This document shows, piece by piece, positions 1 to 9,367 of a stretch of DNA of 64,000 nt. The stretch is from an uncultured delta proteobacterium (lineage in GTDB: Bacteria > Myxococcota > Myxococcia > Myxococcales > Myxococcaceae): contig CAVQKE010000003.1 of NCBI GenBank assembly GCA_963713045.1, positions 288,001 through 352,000 of the forward strand, given 5' to 3'. The position numbers and the translations under genes are program-made. Numbering within the stretch: position 1 is the first letter of the stretch; each line of letters opens with the position of its first letter. Under the pieces are notes generated by a model that saw only the letters and a program-made list of their open reading frames with translations, made no database searches and was not told the origin of the DNA.

Positions 1-576
1 CAGCAGTACTGCGCCAGCGACGGCACCCAAAAGCATAGCGAGAAGCGCCGCGACTGTTCGCGGCAGATATAGGTTGGTGCCTCCGGCAAGTGAGGAGTTG
101 AGGGCGGCCGCGGTGAGCATCGATGTGAGAACCACAGTCGTGAGATTGGGCACAGCAAGACCACGGGCCGCGGCACTCTGAAGCCCCATCGCGACTGCGA
201 GAAACACGAGCAAGGTGGCGCGAACGGTCTCTGTCCGCTCATCGGAGAGAGCGGCGAAGCCTGCAGCGGCGAGCAGTAATACGAATTCGGACACAAGCAC
301 AGTCCGGACCGCACTCTGCGCGAAGCTGCGCAGAATACGCCCACCGCTGACAGCGCCAACGAGGAACGCCCCGAGCGCGATGATACTCCCTGTTATGGAG
401 ACGTCGTGTGCTCCTCCGATTGAGAAGCCAAGGAGCAGGACATTACCCGTCATGTTGCCGGTGAAGACACGTCCCAGCGCGAGAACGCTCGCCGCGTCAA
501 CGAGTCCGGTCACGGCGGTGAGCATGAGGAGCGAAATCACCAGGCGCCGATCTGTGCTGACCGTCGCGGCTACCAT
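1..576 (-). CDS. YoaK/DUF1275 family membrane protein (3' end runs off the window)
   Basis: Not in the ORF track. Manual translation of the minus strand from ATG at 576 (GAGG SD upstream) gives MVAATVSTDRRLVISLLMLTAVTGLVDAASVLALGRVFTGNMTGNVLLLG...LAVPNLTTVVLTSMLT. The FTGNMTGN and TTVVLT motifs are typical of YoaK. Confidence 0.85.
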   Translation of the reverse strand, partial: MVAATVSTDRRLVISLLMLTAVTGLVDAASVLALGRVFTGNMTGNVLLLGFSIGGAHDVSITGSIIALGAFLVGAVSGGRILRSFAQSAVRTVLVSEFVLLLAAAGFAALSDERTETVRATLLVFLAVAMGLQSAAARGLAVPNLTTVVLTSMLTAAALNSSLAGGTNLYLPRTVAALLAMLLGAVAGAVLL

Positions 577-980
577 CAGGGACACCTCATGGGCGGGGCC
601 TCAGCTCGCCTTGGCCCAATCTCGAGGTTCGCCAGTATCTAGAGGGCGCGCACCACAATCTCACTCGCATGCTGTTGACTCCTGTTTGAACGACGACGTG
701 TCAAATGAGAAAGCGTCTCATCCAGCCGAGCCTCTCGCTCATCGTCATGGACGGCCTGTACTCGCAACCAATCCACCCGAGGTAGCCAACGCCGTCGAGG
801 ATATCCTTTGACGATTATCGGGCGTGATCACCGCCGAGCGTAGACCATGGTCCAGAGACCTCCATCGCCTGGGTGATACTCATTACCGTCCCAGGGCGAG
901 CGGCAGACGTGCAGATGTGCGTAAGGCGTACGGCACTTACACGGAATGCGAGTCCACTGCCGTGCCAATCTTCGCGGGCC

Positions 981-1373
981 CTAGACGGCGACCCACACCC
1001 ACTCAGCCTCGACCTTCGCCGGGTAGCGGCCGATGGACTGGGTACGGACGTTCTGCATCAGCCGGTCGACGTTGAGGAGGAATGCTCCGATCCTCGGCGG
1101 AGGGACTTCGTTGCCCACGTAGCCGGGCACGGGGCCCGAGAGCACCTCGCCGGTCGTGACGTCGAACTGCGCGCAATGCATGGCACATGTGACGATGGTG
1201 CCGTCCAAAGTCCCCATCTCGAGGGGCGCGTTCATGTGCCCGCAGCGCCGATCGATTGCGTAGAAGGTGCCGCCACAATTGCAGATGACAAACTCGTGAC
1301 CGTTCAGCTCGACGGTCTTCATCCCGCCCAGGGCGATCTCGGCTGTCCTCACGGCCTTGACGAAGTCACTCAA
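981..1373 (-). CDS. Rieske [2Fe-2S] ferredoxin with C-terminal insertion
   Basis: CGH...CAMH Rieske ligands. Likely TTG start at 1373 overlapping the end of the upstream gene (TTGAGTGA). Confidence 0.85.
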   Translation of the reverse strand: MSDFVKAVRTAEIALGGMKTVELNGHEFVICNCGGTFYAIDRRCGHMNAPLEMGTLDGTIVTCAMHCAQFDVTTGEVLSGPVPGYVGNEVPPPRIGAFLLNVDRLMQNVRTQSIGRYPAKVEAEWVWVAV

Positions 1374-1701
1374 GGCCGAGGTCCTTAGCCGACATCTGCG
1401 GCAAGCTGGCGGGGTCGGTGACATCCTGGTGCACGAATAACCCGCACCAGCAGCGCTTCATCGCGTCGAAATGCTTGCGGTGGAAGGGAATGCAGGGGCA
1501 GACAATCTGCATGTCGCGAGCCCGTTCGTGCCGAATGGGTTGGCACGGGCAGAAGGGAATGCCGTGCTTGGCCTCGAGCTTCACCTCTTGCTCAAGGAGG
1601 AAGTCCGCTAACTCGGCGTCCGGGGTGAATTTGAATCCGAGCGGCTCGATGACCCGTTCGAAGAAGTGCCGCAGCGCCTTCTTCCGGGAATCCGTATTCA
1701 T
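1366..1701 (-). CDS. Ferredoxin:thioredoxin reductase catalytic subunit-like [4Fe-4S] protein
   Basis: CPC...CPC...CWCGLF motif set (canonical CPC/CPC/CHC), 111 aa. Confidence 0.85.
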   Translation of the reverse strand: MNTDSRKKALRHFFERVIEPLGFKFTPDAELADFLLEQEVKLEAKHGIPFCPCQPIRHERARDMQIVCPCIPFHRKHFDAMKRCWCGLFVHQDVTDPASLPQMSAKDLGLE

Positions 1702-1713
1702 AGGAACTCCGCG

Positions 1714-1959
1714 CTAGATGGCTAGAAGCTTCGCGTAACGATCGGGCTGGTAGCCCACGACGACCTGATCGCCGATCCGCACAAACGGAAAACCATTGGC
1801 ACGCTCGGCATCGAGCTCGCGCATGATTCGCTTCTGGGTCGCCTCGTCGGCGAGGTCATAATCAATATCTTCGAATGGGATGTGGTGTTGGCTGAACCAT
1901 TCCTTCGTCTTCCGGCACCAGGGACAGGTGGACAGCGTGTACATCGAGACCTTCTTCAT
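1714..1959 (-). CDS. Glutaredoxin/NrdH-redoxin family protein
   Basis: YTLSTCPWC active site, GFP cis-Pro motif, about 81 aa, AAGGAG SD. Confidence 0.9.
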   Translation of the reverse strand: MKKVSMYTLSTCPWCRKTKEWFSQHHIPFEDIDYDLADEATQKRIMRELDAERANGFPFVRIGDQVVVGYQPDRYAKLLAI

Positions 1960-1971
1960 CACCTTCTCCTT

Positions 1972-2277
1972 TCAGCTAAGGCTGACGAACACCTTGCCTG
2001 CCTCGGACTTCACCGGATAGGTGGCCAGACCGAGTTCCGGTGCATCGAGGAAACGACCGCTCTTCAGGTCGAAGCGCCAGTCATGGCAAGGACAGGTGAG
2101 AATCTCACCTTCGAGCGAGCCGGTGAACAGCGGACAGGCCATGTGCACACACTTGCCTGAAACCGCGTAAAGCGCCCCCTGCACGCGGGCGACCACCACG
2201 TTCACCCCGAGCGGATAGGCCGGCGCCATAGCTCCTTCCGGCAAGGCGGTCTCCTCCATCACGTAGGTCCAGGTCAT
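1972..2277 (-). CDS. Rieske [2Fe-2S] ferredoxin
   Basis: CVH...CPCH-DWRFD ligands, 101 aa, AGGAGG SD. Confidence 0.9.
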   Translation of the reverse strand: MTWTYVMEETALPEGAMAPAYPLGVNVVVARVQGALYAVSGKCVHMACPLFTGSLEGEILTCPCHDWRFDLKSGRFLDAPELGLATYPVKSEAGKVFVSLS

Positions 2278-2753
2278 CGTTTCCTCCTACGTCCGGTGAG
2301 CTCAGCTGCGTACCCCTGAGCAGATGAATCCGCCACCTGTCCGAACTGGTCTTCTTTTCACATGTTCTTCATTTCTGCGGGTTGTGAAATCTACGACTCA
2401 GAGGACCCGACGCCCCTCGCTCGGTCAAACCTCCGGAAGAGTTGTCCGAGCCATCCTCGGCATCACTCACCGCGAAGGCGAAGCACTCGCGGTGTGCGCC
2501 TGTACAATGCCAGCAACTGAAGAGTCCGAACGGGGTTAATTTTTTGGCAGCTCACGGGGTCACCCGTTTCTCGTACATCCATGGGGGTTGCCTCACCCCT
2601 TACGTCGCTGCGGCCGAACAAAATGCTGCCCCGAGCACACCGGACGCGCTCACCTCGACGCGAATCCGCCGCCCTCAGGCAATGGGTACCCCATGAAATC
2701 GACCGTCGCAAGGATGACGGGGCGCACCGCCGCAGCGGTGCCTCTCACCCCGC

Positions 2754-4913
2754 TCAGACGGGGTTGGCCGCCTCGATGCGGCAGGTCGCCGACCGAAAAG
2801 CCGGGAATCCTGAAATCGGGTCTCGTCGGTCGGGATCGTGGAGGCTGTTGACGTTGGCCGTCTCCCAGCCTACCGGCGCCACCGCCACGTCGGGATGAAC
2901 GTCATCCGTCACGTGGAGGCGCATCTCGACTCGCCCTCTTGGTGAAACGATGGCGACCCTTTGGCCATCGACGACGCCTGCATTGCGGGCACGCGTCGGG
3001 TGCAGGAGCACTTCTGGCCATGGCATTTTGGCCAGGACTCCGGGCACCTGGTGGAACTGCGAGTTGATGAAGGCGCGGCTTCGGGGACCGGTTACCAGCA
3101 CCAACGGGTATTCGGGAGTCGGGACTTCTGTTGGGGCGGTCCACGTTGGGACGGCGTGAAAGCCATACCGCCGCAGAAGCGTCGATGCTAACTCCAGCTT
3201 GCCCGAGAGCGTGCCAAAGCGCGGCAGAGGCGCCTCAGCAGATGGTGGAATGGGGCGGGGCTGGTGTTCAGGGTCAACCCGGTAGGGGTACCGCGGCGCT
3301 TGCATGGCCTCGCGAAAGGAGTGCCAGGGGAAATAGCCTCCGAGTCCTAGTGCTCGAGCTAGCTCAAAGACAATTCTCCAATCCGGCCAAGCCTGGTGCT
3401 GCGGTGTCACCATCCCCCCTTGGGCAAGCTCGTCGTCAGTGGCGTCCACAATGGGAGCTTCGGCAAATGTGCATGCGGGCAGAACGAAATCAGAAAGTCG
3501 GGCCGTCACGGTAAGGAACGGGTCGACCGTGGCGAGAAGCGAGAGGCGATGGGCTGCCTCTCGGAGTCGTTCCGAGCCGGGGGCAGTGACGAACGTGTTT
3601 GCGGCGAATACCAGAAGAGCGCGCACTGGGTAGGGTTCGTCCTTCAGCACTGCATCGGCGAGAAGCGCGCCGTGGGCCTCGCGATTGAACGTTTCAAAAA
3701 GCGGGTAGGCGGCGTACCCCAGAGGCCTTGCCCGTACCGGCGGCGGCACGGGCTCGGCCGTGACCGGCCGGGGGAGAGCCGCGAGTAGCTCATTATAAAA
3801 ATTGGAACTCACCGGGGTGAGAAGCTCGTTCACTTCCGGTTGACCGACCCGTCGACAAAGCGCTTCGAGGACGGCCACCGCCCTCACCGTCTGCACTCCA
3901 TTCTCGTGATGTTCAATTCCGAGGCCTTCCCAAATTGCAGTGGGAGTCTCATGCGCCATGAGTCGCGCGACCCGAGTGAGTTGCTCGCGTGGAACGCTAG
4001 TGAGTTGCGCGGCGGTCTCTGGAGGGTACTGCTCGACAAGCGTTTGGAGTTCGTCGAAGCCCAATGTCTGTGTCTCGAGGAACTCCCGATCGTAGAGGCG
4101 CTCCTTCACAATGACGTGCATCATCCCAAGTGCAAGCGCGCCGTCAGTTCCCGGTCGAACCAAGAGGTGCTCCCGAGCGATGGCGGCAAGCTCGGTGCGC
4201 ACCGGGTCCACCACCACCAGATTCCCAGCGGTCGCTCTTTCGGTGACTAAGTGAGTGACGATAGGAACCGTGTTCGCCGGATTGGCGCCCCAGAGGACGA
4301 GCGTCCGGAGATGACGGAAAGCCGGCGAGTACTTGCTTCCCAGCGTGAGTGCTTTGCCCATCCGGCCGGCCGTTTCACAGAAACTTCCGACCGTTGCGAG
4401 ATTTGGCGTCCCAAACGCCTGACAGAAACGATGAAGCAAGCCCACCAGTGGATGCCGAACGAGGGGCCACCCCGTCTGTACGAAGAGAGCCTCTGGTCCA
4501 AACTCCTTCTTCACTTGCTCCAGCCGCTCGGCAATGCGGGAGAGAGCCTCGTCCCAACGGACTTCCCGAAAGGTGTTCCCCTCGCGCGCCAGTGGCATCC
4601 GCACCCGTTTCTGGGAATGCACCAATTCCGGCATCGCTTGGCCATGGAGGCAGAGAAAGCCCTTAGTCTTTGACTCGACGTCGCCGTCGACTCGGAGCAG
4701 CCGCTCGCCCTGCGCCGTGGCCTTTACCCCGCAGTGGACAAGACAAAAGCGGCAGACGCCTCGGACGTATTTCTTTGCTCGCCACTCTCGGCCCGCCCAA
4801 CCCATGGTCAGAGCTGCGGCGCCCGCCCCAGCGACGGGCGCGGCTCTGAGGAGCTCTCGCCGGCTCATTCCCAGTCGCTGCAGAAATCGAGCTGGCTCGC
4901 GGTTGTGTTTCAT
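2754..4913 (-). CDS. Tat-exported molybdopterin (DMSO reductase superfamily) oxidoreductase, substrate unknown
   Basis: SRRELL twin-arginine signal; CRFCLVHC...GFLC Fe-S motif; LWGANP, VDP, RPGTDGAL, SDFVLP; C-terminal molybdopterin-binding domain (LVTG...INSQF...HP). Confidence 0.9.
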   Translation of the reverse strand: MKHNREPARFLQRLGMSRRELLRAAPVAGAGAAALTMGWAGREWRAKKYVRGVCRFCLVHCGVKATAQGERLLRVDGDVESKTKGFLCLHGQAMPELVHSQKRVRMPLAREGNTFREVRWDEALSRIAERLEQVKKEFGPEALFVQTGWPLVRHPLVGLLHRFCQAFGTPNLATVGSFCETAGRMGKALTLGSKYSPAFRHLRTLVLWGANPANTVPIVTHLVTERATAGNLVVVDPVRTELAAIAREHLLVRPGTDGALALGMMHVIVKERLYDREFLETQTLGFDELQTLVEQYPPETAAQLTSVPREQLTRVARLMAHETPTAIWEGLGIEHHENGVQTVRAVAVLEALCRRVGQPEVNELLTPVSSNFYNELLAALPRPVTAEPVPPPVRARPLGYAAYPLFETFNREAHGALLADAVLKDEPYPVRALLVFAANTFVTAPGSERLREAAHRLSLLATVDPFLTVTARLSDFVLPACTFAEAPIVDATDDELAQGGMVTPQHQAWPDWRIVFELARALGLGGYFPWHSFREAMQAPRYPYRVDPEHQPRPIPPSAEAPLPRFGTLSGKLELASTLLRRYGFHAVPTWTAPTEVPTPEYPLVLVTGPRSRAFINSQFHQVPGVLAKMPWPEVLLHPTRARNAGVVDGQRVAIVSPRGRVEMRLHVTDDVHPDVAVAPVGWETANVNSLHDPDRRDPISGFPAFRSATCRIEAANPV

Positions 4914-5491
4914 CCGCTAAGCCCGGCTGCGTCGTCGCGAGGGCGGATGTGGATGGCGTTCGCCTCTTCCGGGCACGCTTGCTCGCATAGGCCGCAGCCG
5001 ACACAGTCTTCTGCGTGAAACAGCGGCGCCAGACGAGGGCCTACCAACTCGACGGCCCGTCCCGAGTAAGGACACACGTAGTAGCAGAGTCGACAAATGC
5101 CTCGCTCGCTCCATGGTAGGCATTCGGTCCGCTTCAGCACCGGTGTCCCCATGCGAACCGTCTGCGCCACGACGTTCTTGGCTGCGTCAACTGGCGTCAG
5201 CGCATCTGTCGGGCACACAGAGGTGCACCTCATGCAGAGGATGCAGGCGGATTCTCGCGGGCTGATGTAGGGGTGGACCGCAGCTAGGGAGAAGACACTC
5301 GGAAAGCGGATAGCCTTGGGAGGGCAAACCTCTGCGCACCGGAAGCAGCCGATGCACGCCTGCTCAAACCTCCCTGGGGGAAGCGCCCCTGGTGGCCGGA
5401 GGGTTGCCTCGGAAGCCCGCGTCCTCCGCGGCACCAGCGCCGCCGCGGCTACTGCCGCGACTGCACCGACGAAACTCCGCCGGCCAGTCAC
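4910..5491 (-). CDS. NapG/MauM-like periplasmic polyferredoxin
   Basis: GRRSFVG Tat-like signal, LRPPGA, four Cys clusters (CIGCFRCAEVCP etc.). GTG start overlaps the upstream stop (GTGA). Confidence 0.85.
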   Translation of the reverse strand: MTGRRSFVGAVAAVAAAALVPRRTRASEATLRPPGALPPGRFEQACIGCFRCAEVCPPKAIRFPSVFSLAAVHPYISPRESACILCMRCTSVCPTDALTPVDAAKNVVAQTVRMGTPVLKRTECLPWSERGICRLCYYVCPYSGRAVELVGPRLAPLFHAEDCVGCGLCEQACPEEANAIHIRPRDDAAGLSG

Positions 5492-6462
5492 TGGGCCTCC
5501 TGGGGCCGCGTCTTCCCGGACGTGGCGAAGCGCATCGCCAGGGCGCCCGTCGGACAAACAGAGACGCACTTACCGCAACGCTCACATCCAGAGTCGAGTG
5601 AGTCGGTCATCGGTTGTTGGCCGAGATTGCACACGACATCGCAGACGGTGCACTCCGTGCAAAGCTGTGCGTCTCGCTTCACGCGGATGGGAGATGCGAC
5701 AGCCAGCAGGCCGAAGAGCGCACCGCCCGGGCACACGGAGCGGCAGAAGCCAGCTCGTGACACGAAGGTGTCAAGCGCAAAGGCCCCACCGACCACCACC
5801 GCACCGGCGCCCAAACTCCCAAAAAAAATTGCCCGGAACACCTCTCTTCCGATGACGAGCGGAGGGTAGATAAGCGGGGCCACCTGGGTGCCGAAACCGG
5901 CCGTCCCAGCAAGCACGGCAACCAATACGACGAGGTTGGTCCGCCGCGGCAGACGGAGGTCCGGGAATTTGAGCCCTAAGCGACCAAGAACCCAGCGCAG
6001 CGCATTACTGGCGGCCAGCAGGGGCACGTAGGGGCATACCCAGCCGCAGAAGAAGCGCCCCAGCAGGACGACGAGCGCCAATGCGGGTAACCCAACAACA
6101 AGGCAGCGGCACAGCCCATGGGCGATGGCCACTCCGAGCGCGAGCAGTGGGTCAACGAGTTCCAAGCCAACCAGCCTCACGGCGCTGGGGCCACCCACAC
6201 CCAGAGGTGAGACGGAGTTCCCGAGGACGACGGCGAGCCCGTCCCACGTCCCATTGGGGGAGAGGCCAGTCACCGCATGCAACGCCCGCAACTGCCAGAG
6301 GGGCAATCCAACCAGGAGCAGCAAACTTGCTCCGAGCGAGCACCGGCGCAGCAGCTGGTACATCGGGGTTCGGCGGAGCACCAGGTCCAGCGGCGCAAGG
6401 CTGGCGCGCGCCGACTCTGCTCTCTGAGAGAGAGGTGCTCTGCGTGCTGCAGATGGAGACAT
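5488..6462 (-). CDS. NapH/MauN-like membrane polyferredoxin (quinol dehydrogenase subunit)
   Basis: TM helices with DPL, GRFFCGWVCP, FCRSVCPGG and two C-terminal CxxCxxCxxxC clusters. ATG at 6462 with GAGGAG SD. Confidence 0.85.
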   Translation of the reverse strand: MSPSAARRAPLSQRAESARASLAPLDLVLRRTPMYQLLRRCSLGASLLLLVGLPLWQLRALHAVTGLSPNGTWDGLAVVLGNSVSPLGVGGPSAVRLVGLELVDPLLALGVAIAHGLCRCLVVGLPALALVVLLGRFFCGWVCPYVPLLAASNALRWVLGRLGLKFPDLRLPRRTNLVVLVAVLAGTAGFGTQVAPLIYPPLVIGREVFRAIFFGSLGAGAVVVGGAFALDTFVSRAGFCRSVCPGGALFGLLAVASPIRVKRDAQLCTECTVCDVVCNLGQQPMTDSLDSGCERCGKCVSVCPTGALAMRFATSGKTRPQEAQ

Positions 6463-6864
6463 CGGCGCTGGTCTCCTCACCCAGAGACGTTCGGCGGGCT
6501 CCCTAGCCACCCAATGATGCGAGGCGCATACCAGCGCCAGCTAGGCGGACTCGCCGATTTTTTTCATTCGAATCCTACGAGGCGAGGCCCGTGTGAGAGC
6601 AACGAAGAGACAAGCACTCACCTTCCCCCATCGCTTCTGGTCCAAGAACTGTCGGTCCCGGTCTTGTAACGAATTTGCGAGTCGTTATCGCCCGATGGAA
6701 AAGGCGCAACTCTTGCGCCCGAAGAGCGGCTGACCGCAAGGCCATCGCAAAACAGTTGCGACTGTCGGGCCGACTCGGTGTGGCGGTGGGATTGCACAGC
6801 TCGGCCAACCGTCTGCGCTGGGGCAGCAAGCGAGCGGCCCTGTACACGGCGCCGGGCTCAAGGC

Positions 6865-8775
6865 TTACGAGGTGGCGAGGAGCGCCTTAATTTGGCGAGA
6901 GAGAAAGTGACAGTAGGCCTCGATGTAGTTTGGCTCCCCTGGGCCTGGAGAGGCGTGAAGCCACGGATTCATCAAGGTGTGTCGCAGTAGAAAGAGGCCC
7001 TCCTCGTCTGCCGCCAGCAAATCAAGCTGCAGGGCATCTCCAATCCGCGCGAGCTCCTCGTTGCCCAGGTGCGCCAAGGGAACGGTGGTGCAAGAACCAA
7101 AGAACTCCTTGAGCTGGACCGGGCGATCTGGCCGAACATCGATTGTCTCGAAGAGTCGCCGTCCGAACGCGTTCGCCTTGCTGAGCAATCGGTTGCCCAA
7201 AGGGTTGAAAGCGACGCAGACCAGATTGCAGTCGGGCTCGAAGGGAATCGACAACCGGACCCAGGGGGCAACCTCCTCCTGAAGGCTCGGCATTCGGTCC
7301 ACAAGTCGCTCGCATGTCTGCACAGAGCGGGCGAGCAGTTGCCCGAAATGGTCGTGGTCGAGAGGGAGAACTCGGTGATTAACGTAGCAGGCCGCGGCGG
7401 GCGCGCCCGGCTTGCTTCCTTCGAGGATGTACCTCCCGAGCTTCCGAAAGCGTGCGGCGTCATCTTCCCGAGTGGAAGAAAAGACGTAGGGCGCAGTCTG
7501 CTGCACCAAGTCGAGCACTCGACGGTTGCGCACCACAAGCGCGCCGGCGCCAAATGGCACGAAGCCCAGCTTGTGTGGGTCGACGGTGACCGAGTCCGCT
7601 TGTGCCAGCGCCGCCGTTGCCTGGTAGACGCGTTCCGAGGGGAAGTAACGGAAGTTTTGACGGACGGTGTCCCGAGGCAGCAGCTGACCGTCGGGGTCGC
7701 GGAAAAGGCTCGGCAGGTAGCCACCCCACGCGGCGTCGACGTGCAGCCAGAACCCTGGGAACAACTCCCGGACAGCGAGGAGCTCGTGAATCGAATCGAG
7801 AGTCCCGAACTCGGTCGTCCCGTAGACGCCTACGACCGCTAAGACCGGACGTTCGTCTTTGCCCAGCACGGACAGCGTCGCCTCCAAGGCTTCTCCATCG
7901 AGGCGGGCCTGCCGGACTGGAACCTCGACGAGATTTGCTGTGCCGAGTCCCAACAGGGACATGGCTTTGTGCCAGCTGTAATGGGCTGTGGCCGGCACCA
8001 CGACCGCCAGCCGCCTCAGCACCGAGTGGCGGGACGCGAAATTGGCCAGTCCCACCTTCTCAACGCGTGACTCGCCCAGCGCTGCGCGAAGCTGGAACCC
8101 CCGGGGGGCACTGGCACAAAAGGCGGATACCTGGCGTGCGAGGTCGAGCACTTCGTCAGCCCTGAGCGAGAGGAGTTCGCCGTCAGTGCTGCCCGGACGC
8201 ACCGCGACACCCGGTGTCCAGAGGCCCGTTGCCTGGCATGCGTCGAGCAGCGCCAACGGATACAGCTTCGCCGACCGCGCAAGCCAGAGCGCCTCGTCGT
8301 TGGCGACGGTTCCGCCGGACGTTAAGTGGCCTAAGGCACAGGGCTCGGCTTCGGACTGGGTTGCAAACCCGAGCATCTGAGCGAGCTGCCGACCCACCTC
8401 AAGCTCCAGCTGAACCGTGACTGGCGCGACTTCTTCGACGATGTTGTTCGGGTTGTAGAGAGTGGTGACCAGCTCGGCGATAAGGCCCGGCATGAGTAAA
8501 TCGGACACCATGTGGCCGAGGTAACGCGGATGGAAGGCGGGCACAGACCGCTTGAGCGCTGCGGTCAGCTGGTGGAGCTCGTGCCGAGTTCTGGCGAGCC
8601 CGTCGAGGTAGGCGCCCGTGTACTGGTCGTGCGGTCCAATGGGGGGCTCGTCCTCTGGGTGAAAGTTGCGACGCCAGAAGACGTGGTCCCGGACGAGCTC
8701 GAGGAGGGTCTTCTCGAAGAAGTCGTTGTTCTCTCCGTAGGCCCCGAGGAAAAAGGGTGCGAGTGGGTCAGCCAT
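6865..8775 (-). CDS. PLP-dependent group II decarboxylase (tyrosine decarboxylase-like)
   Basis: FLGAYGEN start, RYLGHM, LYNPNN, SGGTVAN, HYSW, HVDAAWGGY, DPHK (PLP Lys), LEGSKPG. Start re-called at 8775. Confidence 0.9.
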   Translation of the reverse strand: MADPLAPFFLGAYGENNDFFEKTLLELVRDHVFWRRNFHPEDEPPIGPHDQYTGAYLDGLARTRHELHQLTAALKRSVPAFHPRYLGHMVSDLLMPGLIAELVTTLYNPNNIVEEVAPVTVQLELEVGRQLAQMLGFATQSEAEPCALGHLTSGGTVANDEALWLARSAKLYPLALLDACQATGLWTPGVAVRPGSTDGELLSLRADEVLDLARQVSAFCASAPRGFQLRAALGESRVEKVGLANFASRHSVLRRLAVVVPATAHYSWHKAMSLLGLGTANLVEVPVRQARLDGEALEATLSVLGKDERPVLAVVGVYGTTEFGTLDSIHELLAVRELFPGFWLHVDAAWGGYLPSLFRDPDGQLLPRDTVRQNFRYFPSERVYQATAALAQADSVTVDPHKLGFVPFGAGALVVRNRRVLDLVQQTAPYVFSSTREDDAARFRKLGRYILEGSKPGAPAAACYVNHRVLPLDHDHFGQLLARSVQTCERLVDRMPSLQEEVAPWVRLSIPFEPDCNLVCVAFNPLGNRLLSKANAFGRRLFETIDVRPDRPVQLKEFFGSCTTVPLAHLGNEELARIGDALQLDLLAADEEGLFLLRHTLMNPWLHASPGPGEPNYIEAYCHFLSRQIKALLATS

Positions 8776-8799
8776 AAGGCCATCGTCGCACCGATAGGG

Positions 8800-9367
8800 T
8801 GGGAAGCAACGTCTCCGACGAGGCCTGAGTCCCAGCGGTTCGCGATGAAGTCGGCGATCCCTTCGTCGCGGAAAGGCCGGCGGATGGCAGGGGATAAGTA
8901 ATCCAGCCGGTAGTGGTCGCGCAGATACGTATTCAACCAGGCATGCCCACATTCATGCAGGACGACCGATATGGTCTCTGGCTTTCCGACCGGGCGCTTC
9001 TCGCACTTGAGGCAGATCACCGCCAGCTGGAAGGTCCCGGTGCCCTCCTCCCGCGCTTTTCCCAGCGTCGCCCTTGTGAACGATTCGAGATCCGCACGGT
9101 CAGACACGAGAAAGAGCCGGACGAGCGGCAAGTCGTCGCCAAAGATTTCGCGTCCCACCTCCGCGAACCGCCCGCCGCGTGGAGAACTGGCGCGTTCCAC
9201 GCGTCCTTCTCCTTGACGTACACGGCGAGCGGCCCCGGCGATTGACTCAGGGAACGCTCATCTCGCAGCCCCGCCGCCTCCGCGGCGGCATCCTCGCGCG
9301 CTTGGTTGGGATCCGCGGCCGAGGTCGCAACGGTGCACAACAGAGCATGCAGGATGGGCGCGAACAT
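8800..9367 (-). pseudogene. Truncated/frameshifted secreted zinc metallopeptidase (gluzincin-type)
   Basis: Signal-peptide ORF from 9367 shifts near 9172 into a frame containing VVLHECGHAW...DEGIADF. The rest of that frame only shadows the start of the decarboxylase. Confidence 0.6.

Noticed and set aside
2280..2750. Small ORFs in the gap between the molybdoenzyme and Rieske operons
   Set aside because: No motif, convincing SD or consistent codon bias; treated as intergenic.
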